In this document: piece by piece, positions 1 through 8,727 of the stretch
Layout: each line of letters opens with the position of its first letter
Numbering within the stretch: the first letter of the stretch is position 1
DNA from: an uncultured Deinococcales bacterium
GTDB taxonomy: Bacteria; Deinococcota; Deinococci; Deinococcales; JAAFIG01
Reading direction: 5' to 3'
Assembly: GCA_964244895.1 (NCBI GenBank)
Contig: CAXTKV010000057.1
Coordinates: forward strand, 10,496 to 24,956
DNA: 14,461 nucleotides
Program-made: the position numbers and the translations under genes
The notes under the pieces: model-generated
Seen by the model: the letters and a program-made list of their open reading frames with translations, nothing else
What the model was told of the DNA's origin: nothing
Database searches by the model: none

Positions 1-34
1 CACGATCTTCGGCGATCAGTGAGTTCAGCCCCGT

Positions 35-76
35 AACCAGCCTCGAGTCCCCAGCTTCGAGTCCCCAGCCCCGAAG
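35..76. repeat. Short heptamer-based tandem repeat
   Basis: AACCAGC-CTCGAGT-CCCCAGC-TTCGAGT-CCCCAGC-CCCGAAG; 14-bp period, about 3 copies. Confidence 0.7.
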
Positions 77-118
77 CGCTTCGCTCGCTTCTCGCGGGTT
101 TACTCGAAGCCTACATCA

Positions 119-181
119 GAAAAAGACCGTCCAGCACGCGAATTTCGAATGCTCGAGAAGACCGTGCTGGACGGTCTTCTC
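119..181. repeat. Paired palindromic element, copy 1 (35-bp spacing); possible dhaKL terminator
   Basis: Perfect 16-bp inverted repeat, AAGACCGTCCAGCACG (123-138) with CGTGCTGGACGGTCTT (163-178). The second unit is itself palindromic (155-181). On the minus strand the stem is followed by TTTTT. Confidence 0.9.
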
Positions 182-191
182 AAAACTCGGT

Positions 192-848
192 TCAAGAAAT
201 TGTCGATCCAGCGGGGCTGGCTGGAACCTGCAAAATGGCTTCCAGAATCGTCACGACCAGCACCGTGCCGGGGTCAATCTTGCCTTCGGTGCCGCCGACC
301 CAGTTGGCGCGCCCGATCATGGATTTGAGCGGGATGGCGGCGTCCCGCCCCCGACGGGCTGCATCCAGCATGGCCGCGCCCGCGTCTTCGAGGCTCGAGC
401 CCGACTGAATCGCGTCGCGGAAGGCTTCTGCGGCGGGATGGAGCGCGTCCACCAGGGTTTTGTCGCCGGGTTTGGCCTTGCCGCGCTCCTGAATGCCGGT
501 GTCTGCGGCCACCAGCATTCGCACCAGGGTTTCGGCATCCACGCTGGATGCGCCCACAGCTTCCTTGCCCGCGCGCATCAATGCGGTCGCGACCAGGGCT
601 CCCATCGTGCTGGGTGCGTGGCGGTTGTACGTCATGCCGACGCCCGCGAACCACTTGCCCAGGTCATCGCCCGGCGGGTTGGCGGCCATGTGATCCAGCA
701 CGCCCTGAGCACCTTTGGCGACGCTCAGTCCGGTGTCGCCATCGCCCATCGCGCCGTCGAGTTGGTTGAGCTGGTCGGTGATCTCGAGCAAGCGCCGCGC
801 GGCGCGCTCGATGGCGGATTGGAATTCGGCAGCCGCAATCGTGCTCAT
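192..848 (-). CDS. dhaL: Dihydroxyacetone kinase family, ADP-binding subunit L (DAK2 domain)
   Basis: LNQLDGAMGDGDTG, RGKAKPGDKTLVDAL, GRA and DPG motifs of DhaL/DAK2; its start overlaps the dhaK stop by 4 nt. Confidence 0.9.
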   Translation of the reverse strand: MSTIAAAEFQSAIERAARRLLEITDQLNQLDGAMGDGDTGLSVAKGAQGVLDHMAANPPGDDLGKWFAGVGMTYNRHAPSTMGALVATALMRAGKEAVGASSVDAETLVRMLVAADTGIQERGKAKPGDKTLVDALHPAAEAFRDAIQSGSSLEDAGAAMLDAARRGRDAAIPLKSMIGRANWVGGTEGKIDPGTVLVVTILEAILQVPASPAGSTIS

Positions 849-1840
849 ATCTTGAAGAACGGCGTGCTGGCCGGGTGATCGAGCAGGGTGCTCAGTTCAT
901 CGTCGAGCTTCATGACGGTGATGCTCGCGCCCGCCATCTCGAGGCTGGTGGCGTACTCACCGACGAAAGCCCGGTGAACGCCGACGCCCTGGGCTTCGAG
1001 CAGGGAATGGACGCGCCGATACAGGATGTACAGTTCCTCCGGCGGGGTCGCGCCGAGCCCGTTGACCATGACTGCGACCCGGTCGCCGCGCGTCAGGGGC
1101 ATGTCCGCCGCGATCGTCTCGAGGATCGTCAGCCCGATCTCGTCGGCGGTTTCCAGCGGGCCGTGGCGCACGCCGGGTTCGCCGTGGATGCCCATGCCGA
1201 GTTCCATCTCGCCGTCCGGCACGGTAAACGTCGGCTTGCCGACCGCGGGCAGGATGCACGGCCCCAGGGCCACGCCCATGGTGCGCATGTTGGCCAGCGC
1301 CTTGACGGTCGCGGCTTCGACTTCGTCCAGGCTGCCGCCCCGCTCCGCCTTCGCCCCCGCGATCTTGAAGGCGAACACCATGCCCGCCACGCCCCGGCGC
1401 GTCTGGGCGCGGTCTGCGGTGGCGCTCGCCACGTCGTCCTTGACCAGTACGGTGCGCACCGGGACGCCTTCCAGGTCGGCCATCTCGGTGGCCATGTCGA
1501 AGTTCATGACATCGCCTCCGTAGTTACCGTAGATGTACAGCACGCCCTGGCCGCCGTGAATGCGCTTGGTGACCTCGAGCATCTGATCGGCGCTCGGGGA
1601 CTGGAACACGTCACCGATGGCGCAACCGTCCAGCATGCCCTGCCCGACGTAGCCCAAAAAGACGGGCAGGTGGCCCGAGCCGCCGCCCGTGGCCAGCGCC
1701 ACCTTGCCCTGCATGGGCGCATCGGCGCGCACCAGACAGTGCAAGTCACCGACGTGCGCGACCATCTTCGGGTGCGCCATGTAGACGCCCTCGAGCATTT
1801 CAGAGACGAAATTCTTGGGGTCGTTCAAAATTTTTTTCAC
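845..1840 (-). CDS. dhaK: Dihydroxyacetone kinase family, substrate-binding subunit K (DAK1 domain)
   Basis: MKKILNDP N-terminus, GGGSGH, NYGGD.MNF, RRGVAG, GMGIHGEPG (substrate-binding His), VNGLGATP and TSLEMAG; GTG start preceded by GGAGGT. Confidence 0.93.
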   Translation of the reverse strand: MKKILNDPKNFVSEMLEGVYMAHPKMVAHVGDLHCLVRADAPMQGKVALATGGGSGHLPVFLGYVGQGMLDGCAIGDVFQSPSADQMLEVTKRIHGGQGVLYIYGNYGGDVMNFDMATEMADLEGVPVRTVLVKDDVASATADRAQTRRGVAGMVFAFKIAGAKAERGGSLDEVEAATVKALANMRTMGVALGPCILPAVGKPTFTVPDGEMELGMGIHGEPGVRHGPLETADEIGLTILETIAADMPLTRGDRVAVMVNGLGATPPEELYILYRRVHSLLEAQGVGVHRAFVGEYATSLEMAGASITVMKLDDELSTLLDHPASTPFFKI

Positions 1841-1976
1841 GCTAAACCTCCGACGAGTCTGGAACCTCGAGCGATGCTGGACTCCCTATTCCGACGCGGC
1901 AATCATACAGGCGCAGAACGCGGCTCGGGCCACCGATGATCGCGACCCGAGCGCAGCTTGACTGGATTCAAAAATC

Positions 1977-2037
1977 GAGAACAACGTCCAGCACGCACAT
2001 TTTTGGCATCGAGAATTCACGTGCCGCACGGTCTTTC
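1977..2037. repeat. Paired palindromic element, copy 2 (degenerate, 35-bp spacing)
   Basis: GAGAACAACGTCCAGCACGC ... CGTGCCGCACGGTCTT; centres at 1990 and 2025. Confidence 0.75.
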
Positions 2038-2190
2038 CACGCAACCTCGCCCAATTCATCCGGCGCCTAGCGGAATCTTCAGGTGCGCTGCGCCGAAACC
2101 ACCCCATGCGAAGGTCTGATCGGCGCGTGGGCAACACCCGTGAGCGGGTTCATGAAATCGACATCCTGACCGAAGCGTGAGCCGCACCAC

Positions 2191-2219
2191 TTGACCTGAA
2201 GCGCTCAAATTCGGAGAAT
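2191..2219 (+). promoter_or_regulatory. Candidate sigma70-type promoter for the ABC-mtnKA-aldolase operon
   Basis: TTGACC (2191-2196), 17-bp spacer, GAGAAT (2214-2219); the -10 is imperfect. Confidence 0.35.
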
Positions 2220-2296
2220 GGGCGCGTTCAACAATTCAGATAGACCGCGTCCGACATGGACATTTTGCGCCACCATGTTGGCGGAATGCACCGAAT

Positions 2297-2312
2297 TTGC
2301 AAACGATTGCAA
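2297..2312. promoter_or_regulatory. LacI/GalR-family operator-like palindrome
   Basis: TTGCAAACGATTGCAA is an AT-rich near-perfect palindrome matching TGnAAnCGnTTnCA, about 40 bp upstream of the first permease start. Confidence 0.7.
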
Positions 2313-2352
2313 GCGTGCGGCACGCGACCTAAACACCATTCGAGGAGTTCAC

Positions 2353-3363
2353 TTGCGGCAACTGCTGACGGACACCCACCTGCGCTTTCTGGTCGCCGCC
2401 AACCTCGCGATCCTGGTCGTGGCGTCTATCCTTTCAGGCGGAACCTTCCTCGATCCGTACAACTTTCAGAGCATGGCCACGCAATTGCCCGAAATCGGCC
2501 TGCTGGCCATCGCCATCGGCATCACGATGATCTCCGGCAACGGCGGCATCGACCTTTCCGTGGTCAGTATCGCCAACCTGTCCGCCATCGTCGCGGGATT
2601 GGTGATCCGCGCCACGCTCGGCACGGAAGGTCAGGGCGTGACCTTCACGCTGGTGTTCGTGGTGATCGCGCTGGTGGTCGGCACGCTCTGCGGGCTGATC
2701 AACGGCCTGCTCGTCTCGAGGGGCAACTTCCCGCCGATCCTCGCGACGCTCGGCACGCAGTTCGCATTCGTCGGGCTGGCGGTCGCGCTCTCGGGCGGGC
2801 CAGCGGTCGGATTGGGGTACGTCGAACCGTTCGTGGAAATTGGCAACGGCAACCTGCTGGGAATCCCGATCCCGTTTCTGATCTTCATCGCGGTCGTGCT
2901 GGTCTTTTCGTGGGCGCTGACCCGCACGCGCTTCGGCTTCCGGCTGTACCTGATGGGCACGAACGCCAAAGCTGCGCATTTCACCGGAATCGACAACAAA
3001 GCCGTGCTGCTGGTGACCTACACGCTTTCGGGCGTGGTGGCATCGATCGCTGGAACCGTGATCGCGTCGCGCGCCTCGAGCGTCAAATGGGATTACGGCA
3101 CGTCGTACCTGCTGATCGCGATCCTGATCGCCGTGATGGGCGGCGTCAACCCGTCCGGCGGGTACGGCAAGATCCTCGGACTGGTGCTCTCGAGCTTCGC
3201 CCTGCAGATGCTCTCGAGCACGCTGAACCTGCTGGGCACGTCAAATTTCTTGAAGGATTTCACCTGGGGGCTGCTGTTGCTCCTGTCGATCATGTTGACC
3301 AGCGCACGATTCAATCCCTTCCCGAAAACACCCACGCCACCCAAGGAGGTGAAGGCGAGCTAG
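2353..3363 (+). CDS. Sugar ABC transporter permease (CUT2, RbsC/LsrD-like)
   Basis: Hydrophobic protein with GGIDLSV, GLINGLLV, PILATLGT, TRFGFRLYLMGTN and GGVNPSGGYG. Start moved from the ORF-track 2218 to the in-frame TTG at 2353, which follows GAGGAG (2342-2347). Confidence 0.9.
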   Translation: MRQLLTDTHLRFLVAANLAILVVASILSGGTFLDPYNFQSMATQLPEIGLLAIAIGITMISGNGGIDLSVVSIANLSAIVAGLVIRATLGTEGQGVTFTLVFVVIALVVGTLCGLINGLLVSRGNFPPILATLGTQFAFVGLAVALSGGPAVGLGYVEPFVEIGNGNLLGIPIPFLIFIAVVLVFSWALTRTRFGFRLYLMGTNAKAAHFTGIDNKAVLLVTYTLSGVVASIAGTVIASRASSVKWDYGTSYLLIAILIAVMGGVNPSGGYGKILGLVLSSFALQMLSSTLNLLGTSNFLKDFTWGLLLLLSIMLTSARFNPFPKTPTPPKEVKAS

Positions 3364-3426
3364 AAGCAACACGCGGTTCTTGAGGTCTCGATAGCCAACG
3401 TTCCGAAGCCAATTCCAGGAGGTCGT

Positions 3427-4416
3427 ATGAAGAAAGCCATGATTCTCGGAGCTGGACTGCTGGTCGCCGCCGCCACGGGCGGAGTTCTGGCGCAGAAGAA
3501 ATACACGATCTACACGGTCGTCAAAATCACCGGCATCAACTGGTTCAACCGCATGGAAGAAGGCGTCAAGCAATACGCCAAGGACACCGGCAACAACGCC
3601 ACCCAGACCGGCCCCGCCCAGGCGGACGCCGCCCAGCAGTTGCAGGTCATCACCGACCTGGTGGCCAAGAAGCCAGACGCGCTGGCGGTCGTGCCATTCG
3701 ATCCGGCCACGCTGGAACCGATCTTCAAACAGGCGATCGATCGCGGCATTAAGGTCGTGACCCACGAAGCCGACAACCAGGTCAACACCCTCTACGACAT
3801 CGAAGCCTTCGACAACGTGGCCTTCGGCGCGAACCTGAACGCGCGCCTGGAAAAGTGCATGGGCGGCGCGGGCAAATGGACAGTCTTCGTCGGTAGCCTG
3901 GGATCGAAAACCCACAACCAGTGGGCGGACGGCGGCATCGAGAACGCCAAGAAGAACTCGAAGATGGTGCTGGTGGACGCCAAGCAAGAAACCAACGACG
4001 ACGCCGACAAAGCCTACGAGAAAGCCAAGGAAATCATCAAGAAGTACCCGGACATCAAGGGCTTCCAGGGCAGCGCCAGCACCGACGTGGCCGGCATCGG
4101 TCGCGCCGTGGAAGAGGCCGGGTTGAACGACAAGGTCTGCGTTTACGGCACCAGCCTGCCCTCGATCGCCGGTAAGTACATCGCCACCGGCGCGGTCGAC
4201 GGCATCGGTTTCTGGGACCCGAAGGACGCTGGCATCATCATGAACAAGGTCGCGCAGATGGTGCTCGAGGGCAAGACCGTCAAGGACGGCGCGGACCTGG
4301 GCATCAAGGGCTACAACAAGGTTTCCGTCACCAAGGGTAAGGGCGCTGGTTTCGTGATTCGCGGCAACGCCTTCGTGGACGTGGACAAGAGCAACTACAA
4401 GGAATTCCCGTTCTGA
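3427..4416 (+). CDS. Sugar ABC transporter substrate-binding protein (type 1 PBP, LsrB/AI-2-like subfamily)
   Basis: Sec signal peptide [58 protein letters not shown] and [17 protein letters not shown]. Confidence 0.9.
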   Translation: MKKAMILGAGLLVAAATGGVLAQKKYTIYTVVKITGINWFNRMEEGVKQYAKDTGNNATQTGPAQADAAQQLQVITDLVAKKPDALAVVPFDPATLEPIFKQAIDRGIKVVTHEADNQVNTLYDIEAFDNVAFGANLNARLEKCMGGAGKWTVFVGSLGSKTHNQWADGGIENAKKNSKMVLVDAKQETNDDADKAYEKAKEIIKKYPDIKGFQGSASTDVAGIGRAVEEAGLNDKVCVYGTSLPSIAGKYIATGAVDGIGFWDPKDAGIIMNKVAQMVLEGKTVKDGADLGIKGYNKVSVTKGKGAGFVIRGNAFVDVDKSNYKEFPF

Positions 4417-4433
4417 TCTGAAGCAATAATGCA

Positions 4434-4486
4434 AACACCGTCCAGGACGCGATTCCTGAAGTGCGTCCCGGACGGTGTTCTCGAGA
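4434..4486. repeat. Paired palindromic element, copy 3 (25-bp spacing)
   Basis: AACACCGTCCAGGACGC (4434-4450) with GCGTCCCGGACGGTGTT (4463-4479), one mismatch, followed by CTCGAG. Confidence 0.9.
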
Positions 4487-4660
4487 AGCGGATCGAAGTG
4501 CAATGGTGCATTCCTCGGAACGCCGAAAGGTCAACTCGAGATTCGCCTTCAAAGCAACGTCAAGACGGTTCGAACGCGGAGCGGCGGACGCGCGCTCGAG
4601 CACCAGGTGAGTCCTGATGACTTGCACACCACACACAACGCGAAAACAAGAGAAAACCCA

Positions 4661-6208
4661 ATGACGACACCGACAAACGCGCACAACCTCAAACCCGGCG
4701 ACGAATTCCTGGCGCTCAACGACATCACCAAAACCTTCGGCGGCGTGCGCGCCCTGCGCGGCGTCAGCCTGAGCATCCGCGCGGGCGAGATCTACCACTT
4801 GCTGGGCGAGAACGGCTCAGGGAAATCGACGCTAATCAAGATCGTCTCCGGCGCGCAACCGCCCGACAGCGGCACGATGACGGTGCGCGGCAAGGAATAC
4901 AGGAAGCTCGAGGCGCTCGAATCGCTCGAGGCGGGCATCGAGACGGTCTACCAGGACTTGAGCCTGTTCCCGAACCTGAGCGTCGCGGAAAACGTGGCGC
5001 TGACCGCGCAGCTCGTGCAGAACGACGGGCGTCTGGGGCGAATGCTCAACTGGAAGAAACTCCAGGAGACCGCCAGCAGCGCCCTGGAACGCGTCGGGCT
5101 CGAGTCCACGACGGAATTTCTGGATCAAAAAGTCGAAAGCCTGCCGATCGCCGTGCGGCAACTCGTGGCCATCGCCCGTGGGCTGGCGACCAGCGCGTCA
5201 TTGGTGATCATGGACGAACCCACGGCGGCGCTGACGCAAAAAGAAGTCGAGAACCTGCTCTCGATCATCTCGAGCCTGCGCGCGGACGGGGTGAGCGTGC
5301 TGTTCGTCAGCCACAAACTCGACGAGGTTTTCCGCATCGGCGGCAACGTGATCGTGCTGCGCGACGGACTGAAAGTCGCGGATGGCAAGCTGAGCGATTA
5401 CAGCCAGGAGCAAATCAGCTTCCTGATGACCGGCAAGCACCTGGACAAAACCAGCTACCGCACCGGCAAGCCCGGCGCACAGGCGCTCCTCGAGATCAAA
5501 GGGCTCTCGCGCAGCGGGGCATTTTCAGGCGTGAGCTTCAACCTGCACCGGGGCGAGGTGCTGGGCATCACGGGCTTGCTGGATTCCGGGCGCAACGAAC
5601 TGGCGCTGGCGATTTCTGGCGTGCAACCCGCAGACGGCGGCCAGATCGTGCTGGACGGTCAAACCATCAGCGTCCAGAACCCGCGCGATGGCATCCGGCT
5701 CGGCATCGGCTACGTGCCCGAAGACCGACTGACCGAAGGTTTATTCCTGCAAAAACCGATCCGCGAGAACATCGTGGTCAGCATCCTGGATCGATTGATG
5801 CGCGGCAACCAGATCGACTTCCAAAAAAGCACCCTCGCCACCGAAACACTGGTCAAGGATTTGCAGATCGCCACGCCGAACGTGATGCTGCCCGCCCAGA
5901 GCCTGTCCGGTGGCAACCAGCAACGCGTGATGGTCGCGCGCTGGCTGGCGATCAACCCGAAAGTGCTGCTGCTGCACGGCCCGACCATGGGCGTGGATGT
6001 CGGCAGCAAGGACGCTCTCTACAGGATCGTGCAAGATTTAGCGCAGAAGGGATTGGGCGTGATCATCATTTCCGACGACCTGCCGGAATTGTTGATGAAC
6101 TGCGATTCGATTCACGTCATGAAAAAAGGCCGCATCGCCCGAACCTTTCAGGTCGAAGGGCTCGAGGAATCCGTGTTGTCTCACGAACTCCTGACCGAGG
6201 CCGCATGA
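4661..6208 (+). CDS. Sugar ABC transporter ATP-binding protein (two fused ABC domains, RbsA/MglA type)
   Basis: Walker A GENGSGKST, Q-loop VYQD, IMDEPT, VSH, YVPEDR and LSGGNQQ. Start taken as ATG 4661 because the ORF-track extension to 4475 begins inside a repeat. Confidence 0.93.
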   Translation: MTTPTNAHNLKPGDEFLALNDITKTFGGVRALRGVSLSIRAGEIYHLLGENGSGKSTLIKIVSGAQPPDSGTMTVRGKEYRKLEALESLEAGIETVYQDLSLFPNLSVAENVALTAQLVQNDGRLGRMLNWKKLQETASSALERVGLESTTEFLDQKVESLPIAVRQLVAIARGLATSASLVIMDEPTAALTQKEVENLLSIISSLRADGVSVLFVSHKLDEVFRIGGNVIVLRDGLKVADGKLSDYSQEQISFLMTGKHLDKTSYRTGKPGAQALLEIKGLSRSGAFSGVSFNLHRGEVLGITGLLDSGRNELALAISGVQPADGGQIVLDGQTISVQNPRDGIRLGIGYVPEDRLTEGLFLQKPIRENIVVSILDRLMRGNQIDFQKSTLATETLVKDLQIATPNVMLPAQSLSGGNQQRVMVARWLAINPKVLLLHGPTMGVDVGSKDALYRIVQDLAQKGLGVIIISDDLPELLMNCDSIHVMKKGRIARTFQVEGLEESVLSHELLTEAA

Positions 6209-6221
6209 GCGCCGCAGCACC

Positions 6222-6270
6222 CGAGAAGACCGTCCTGGACGCGAAATATAAAGTGTGTCCAGGACGGTGT
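6222..6270. repeat. Paired palindromic element, copy 4 (25-bp spacing)
   Basis: ACCGTCCTGGAC (6229-6240) with GTCCAGGACGGT (6257-6268), a perfect 12-bp inverted repeat. Confidence 0.9.
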
Positions 6271-6329
6271 CCCATGCAACTTCCAGAATCAATCCAGCAT
6301 CTTCAAATTGACTCGACTCGAGGTCAGAC

Positions 6330-7343
6330 GTGTCCGTGATCGCACCGACGCAACCCAGAACCCCGATCCGCGCCTGGCGGTCGTTTACCCGCCGACCCGA
6401 GTTCATCACGCTCGCCCTGATCGTGGTGTTTTCCCTGGCGGTCGGGATCATCAACCCGAATTTTTTCTCGCCGAAGACCGTGACGGACACGCTGCGCGCT
6501 TCCATTACCACGGGCATTTTCGCGTTGGGCGTGCTGCTGGTGCTGGCGGCGGGCGGTATCGACGTGTCGTTCACAGCCATCGCGATTTTCGCGCTCTATT
6601 CCACTACCCGGCTGATGCTGGCAGTCTGGCCGGGCGCGCCGTACCCGGTGATGATCCTGTTGTGCCTGGGCATCGGCTTGCTGATGGGCATGCTGAACGG
6701 CTTCCTGGTGTGGCGCTTCGCCGTGCCGTCCTTGATCGTGACCATCGGCACGCAGTATTTGTTCAGCGGCTTTCTGAAAGCCTTCATCGGCAGCAGGCAC
6801 ATCATGGACATCCCCGCCGCGATGGATTCGGCGGGCACGACCGCGCTCTTTCAGACCGTGACCGCCGACGGCACGCGCATCGCCGTACCGATACTGGTGC
6901 TGGTGCTGGTGCTGGCGATTATCGTGACGTGGTTCATCTTGAACCGCACGCTGCTGGGCCGCGCCGTCTACGCCGTCGGCGGCAGCATCCCGATCGCGGA
7001 ACGGTTGGGGTTCAGCGTGCGCACCGTGATGCTGTTCGTGTTCGGTTACGCGGGCATGTTGGCCGGATTGGGCGGACTGATGCACGGGTCGTTGAACCGT
7101 CAGGCCAACCCGTCCGATCTGGTTGGCTCTGAACTGAACGTGATCGCGGCGGTCGTGCTGGGCGGTGCGCGCATCACGGGCGGCACGGGCACGGTGCTGG
7201 GCACGCTGTTGGGCGTGGTGCTGATCGAGTTGCTGACCAACAACCTGATCCTGATGGGCGTGCCTTCCACCTGGCAAAAAGTGGTGATCGGCGTGATTAT
7301 TCTGGCGGCCAGCGGCGTGTTCTCGAGGCGCGGTACAGCGTGA
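6330..7343 (+). CDS. Sugar ABC transporter permease (CUT2)
   Basis: GGIDVSF, GMLNGFLV, PSLIVTIGT, TLLGRAVYAVGG and ELNVIAAVVLGGARITGGTGTVLGT; GAGG upstream of the GTG start. Confidence 0.92.
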   Translation: MSVIAPTQPRTPIRAWRSFTRRPEFITLALIVVFSLAVGIINPNFFSPKTVTDTLRASITTGIFALGVLLVLAAGGIDVSFTAIAIFALYSTTRLMLAVWPGAPYPVMILLCLGIGLLMGMLNGFLVWRFAVPSLIVTIGTQYLFSGFLKAFIGSRHIMDIPAAMDSAGTTALFQTVTADGTRIAVPILVLVLVLAIIVTWFILNRTLLGRAVYAVGGSIPIAERLGFSVRTVMLFVFGYAGMLAGLGGLMHGSLNRQANPSDLVGSELNVIAAVVLGGARITGGTGTVLGTLLGVVLIELLTNNLILMGVPSTWQKVVIGVIILAASGVFSRRGTA

Positions 7344-7346
7344 TGT

Positions 7347-7462
7347 ACCGATCTGGACGGGTTTCTCGGGCATTCGCAAAAAGATCGTCCCAGACGGCTT
7401 TCCTTGCATTGAACGCCCTCGCTCGAGCACGCGCATCACTCAATCTGGACGGTGCTCTCGAG
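7347..7462. repeat. Palindromic element cluster, copy 5 (three degenerate units)
   Basis: ACCGATCTGGACGGGTTTCTCG, AAGATCGTCCCAGACGGCTTT and CTGGACGGTGCTCTCGAG; centres at 7354, 7391 and 7446. Confidence 0.7.
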
Positions 7463-7476
7463 GGAAGTGAACGGGC

Positions 7477-8727
7477 TTGAGTTACCGAATTCTCGACGCT
7501 GAGACCGTTCTCGAGTACATGCAGTCGCACCCGAAAGCACGGGATGTGATCGACGTTGACGCCCCCCTTCAGAGCGCGGAACTTTCGGATGGCAACCTCA
7601 ATTTCGTGTTTCGGGTTTTTGAAAAAGACCGTCCAGAACGCAGCATCCTGGTCAAGCAGGGCGTTCCTTACTTGCGCGTGGCGGGTGAATCCTGGCCGCT
7701 CTCCCCTGCCCGTGCGGGCTTCGAAGCCCGCGCGCTCGAGCTTCAGCACCGTTTCGCGCCGGGGCTGGTGCCGACACCGTACTGGTTCGACGAGACCATG
7801 TGCGTCAACGCAATGGAAGATTTGCGCCACCACAACGTCATGCGCAAACCGATGGTGGATCGTGTGCGGTTCGAGCATCTCGGCGCGACGATTGGAGACT
7901 TTCTCTCGAGAACGCTGTTCGGCACGTCGGATTTTGGGCTCGAGGCGAAGGAGAAAAAAATGCTTCAGACCCGATTTGCCAACGCGGAACTCTGCGAGAT
8001 CACCGAGGATTTGATTTTCACCGAACCGTTCGAGCCCGCGCTGCTGGGAGGCAAATCCAACCGCAACCGCTTCGATCCTGGAATCAAAAACACGCTCGAG
8101 ATGCTCCAAGCTGATCTCGAGGTCAGGGCGCAAGTCTCGAGCCTCAAGCACCGCTTCATGACGGTGGCGCAGGCGCTCTTGCACGGCGACCTGCACACGG
8201 GTTCGATCATGGCTTCCGACCCGGACGAGAAAGGTGCATCGGATATTCGGGTGATCGACCCGGAGTTCGCGTTCTTCGGCCCGGCCGGATTCGACGTGGG
8301 GTTGTTCGTGGCGAATCTTTTTTTGAACGCCAGCGCTCAAGCCGGTCACGCGCCTGATGAAGACTCGAGAACCGCGTACCGGACGTATTTGTTTGGTCAG
8401 GCCAGGGCCTGCTGGACGGTCTTCGAGGGCGGTTTCCGCGAGCGTCTCCACTCGTCCAACAGCGTTTCGTGGCGATCCCGAGCGTTCCGTGACGCGTTCA
8501 TGCTCGAGGTGCTGCAGGACGCGGCGGGCTTCGCGGGCTGCGAGATGATCCGCCGAAGCGTCGGTTTCGCGCACGTTCTCGACGTGGACAGCATCGCGGA
8601 TGACGCGAAACGCGCCGAAGTGCTCGAGATGAATCTACGCGTAGGTTCAGAACTGATTCGGTCGCACCGAACCATCTCGAGTTTCAATGAAATCGAGGGT
8701 ATCGTAAAAAGCGTGATTCGCGCATGA
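7477..8727 (+). CDS. mtnK: S-methyl-5-thioribose / 5-deoxyribose kinase
   Basis: DGNLNFVF, VKQ..PYLR..GESWPL, LCEITEDLIFTEPF, LLHGDLHTGSIM, IDPEFAFFGP.GFDVG and GFAGCEMIRR motifs. Confidence 0.95.
   Translation: MSYRILDAETVLEYMQSHPKARDVIDVDAPLQSAELSDGNLNFVFRVFEKDRPERSILVKQGVPYLRVAGESWPLSPARAGFEARALELQHRFAPGLVPTPYWFDETMCVNAMEDLRHHNVMRKPMVDRVRFEHLGATIGDFLSRTLFGTSDFGLEAKEKKMLQTRFANAELCEITEDLIFTEPFEPALLGGKSNRNRFDPGIKNTLEMLQADLEVRAQVSSLKHRFMTVAQALLHGDLHTGSIMASDPDEKGASDIRVIDPEFAFFGPAGFDVGLFVANLFLNASAQAGHAPDEDSRTAYRTYLFGQARACWTVFEGGFRERLHSSNSVSWRSRAFRDAFMLEVLQDAAGFAGCEMIRRSVGFAHVLDVDSIADDAKRAEVLEMNLRVGSELIRSHRTISSFNEIEGIVKSVIRA

Noticed and set aside
1..36. Possible 3' end of an upstream + strand gene
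   Set aside because: Too short to determine a frame or identity; stops occur at 22 and 36 in different frames.
2251..2281. Hairpin CCGACATGG/CCATGTTGG in the putative leader
   Set aside because: A 9-bp stem with a G-U pair and no U-tract or recognisable motif; compatible with chance.
1841..2352. SAM (S-box) riboswitch expected upstream of mtn genes
   Set aside because: No ATC.AGAG...GAGGGA..GGCCC core is visible by eye; an Rfam scan would be decisive.
4614..4646. CTGATGA...CGAAA resembling a hammerhead ribozyme core
   Set aside because: The base after CTGATGA (C) cannot pair with the base before GAAA (C), so stem II does not close; I found no stems I or III.
4475..4660. N-terminal extensions in the ORF track for the ATPase (also 2218 for the permease and 9727 for the aldolase)
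   Set aside because: The extensions cross repeats or regulatory DNA; downstream starts fit family length better and, for the permease and aldolase, follow an RBS.
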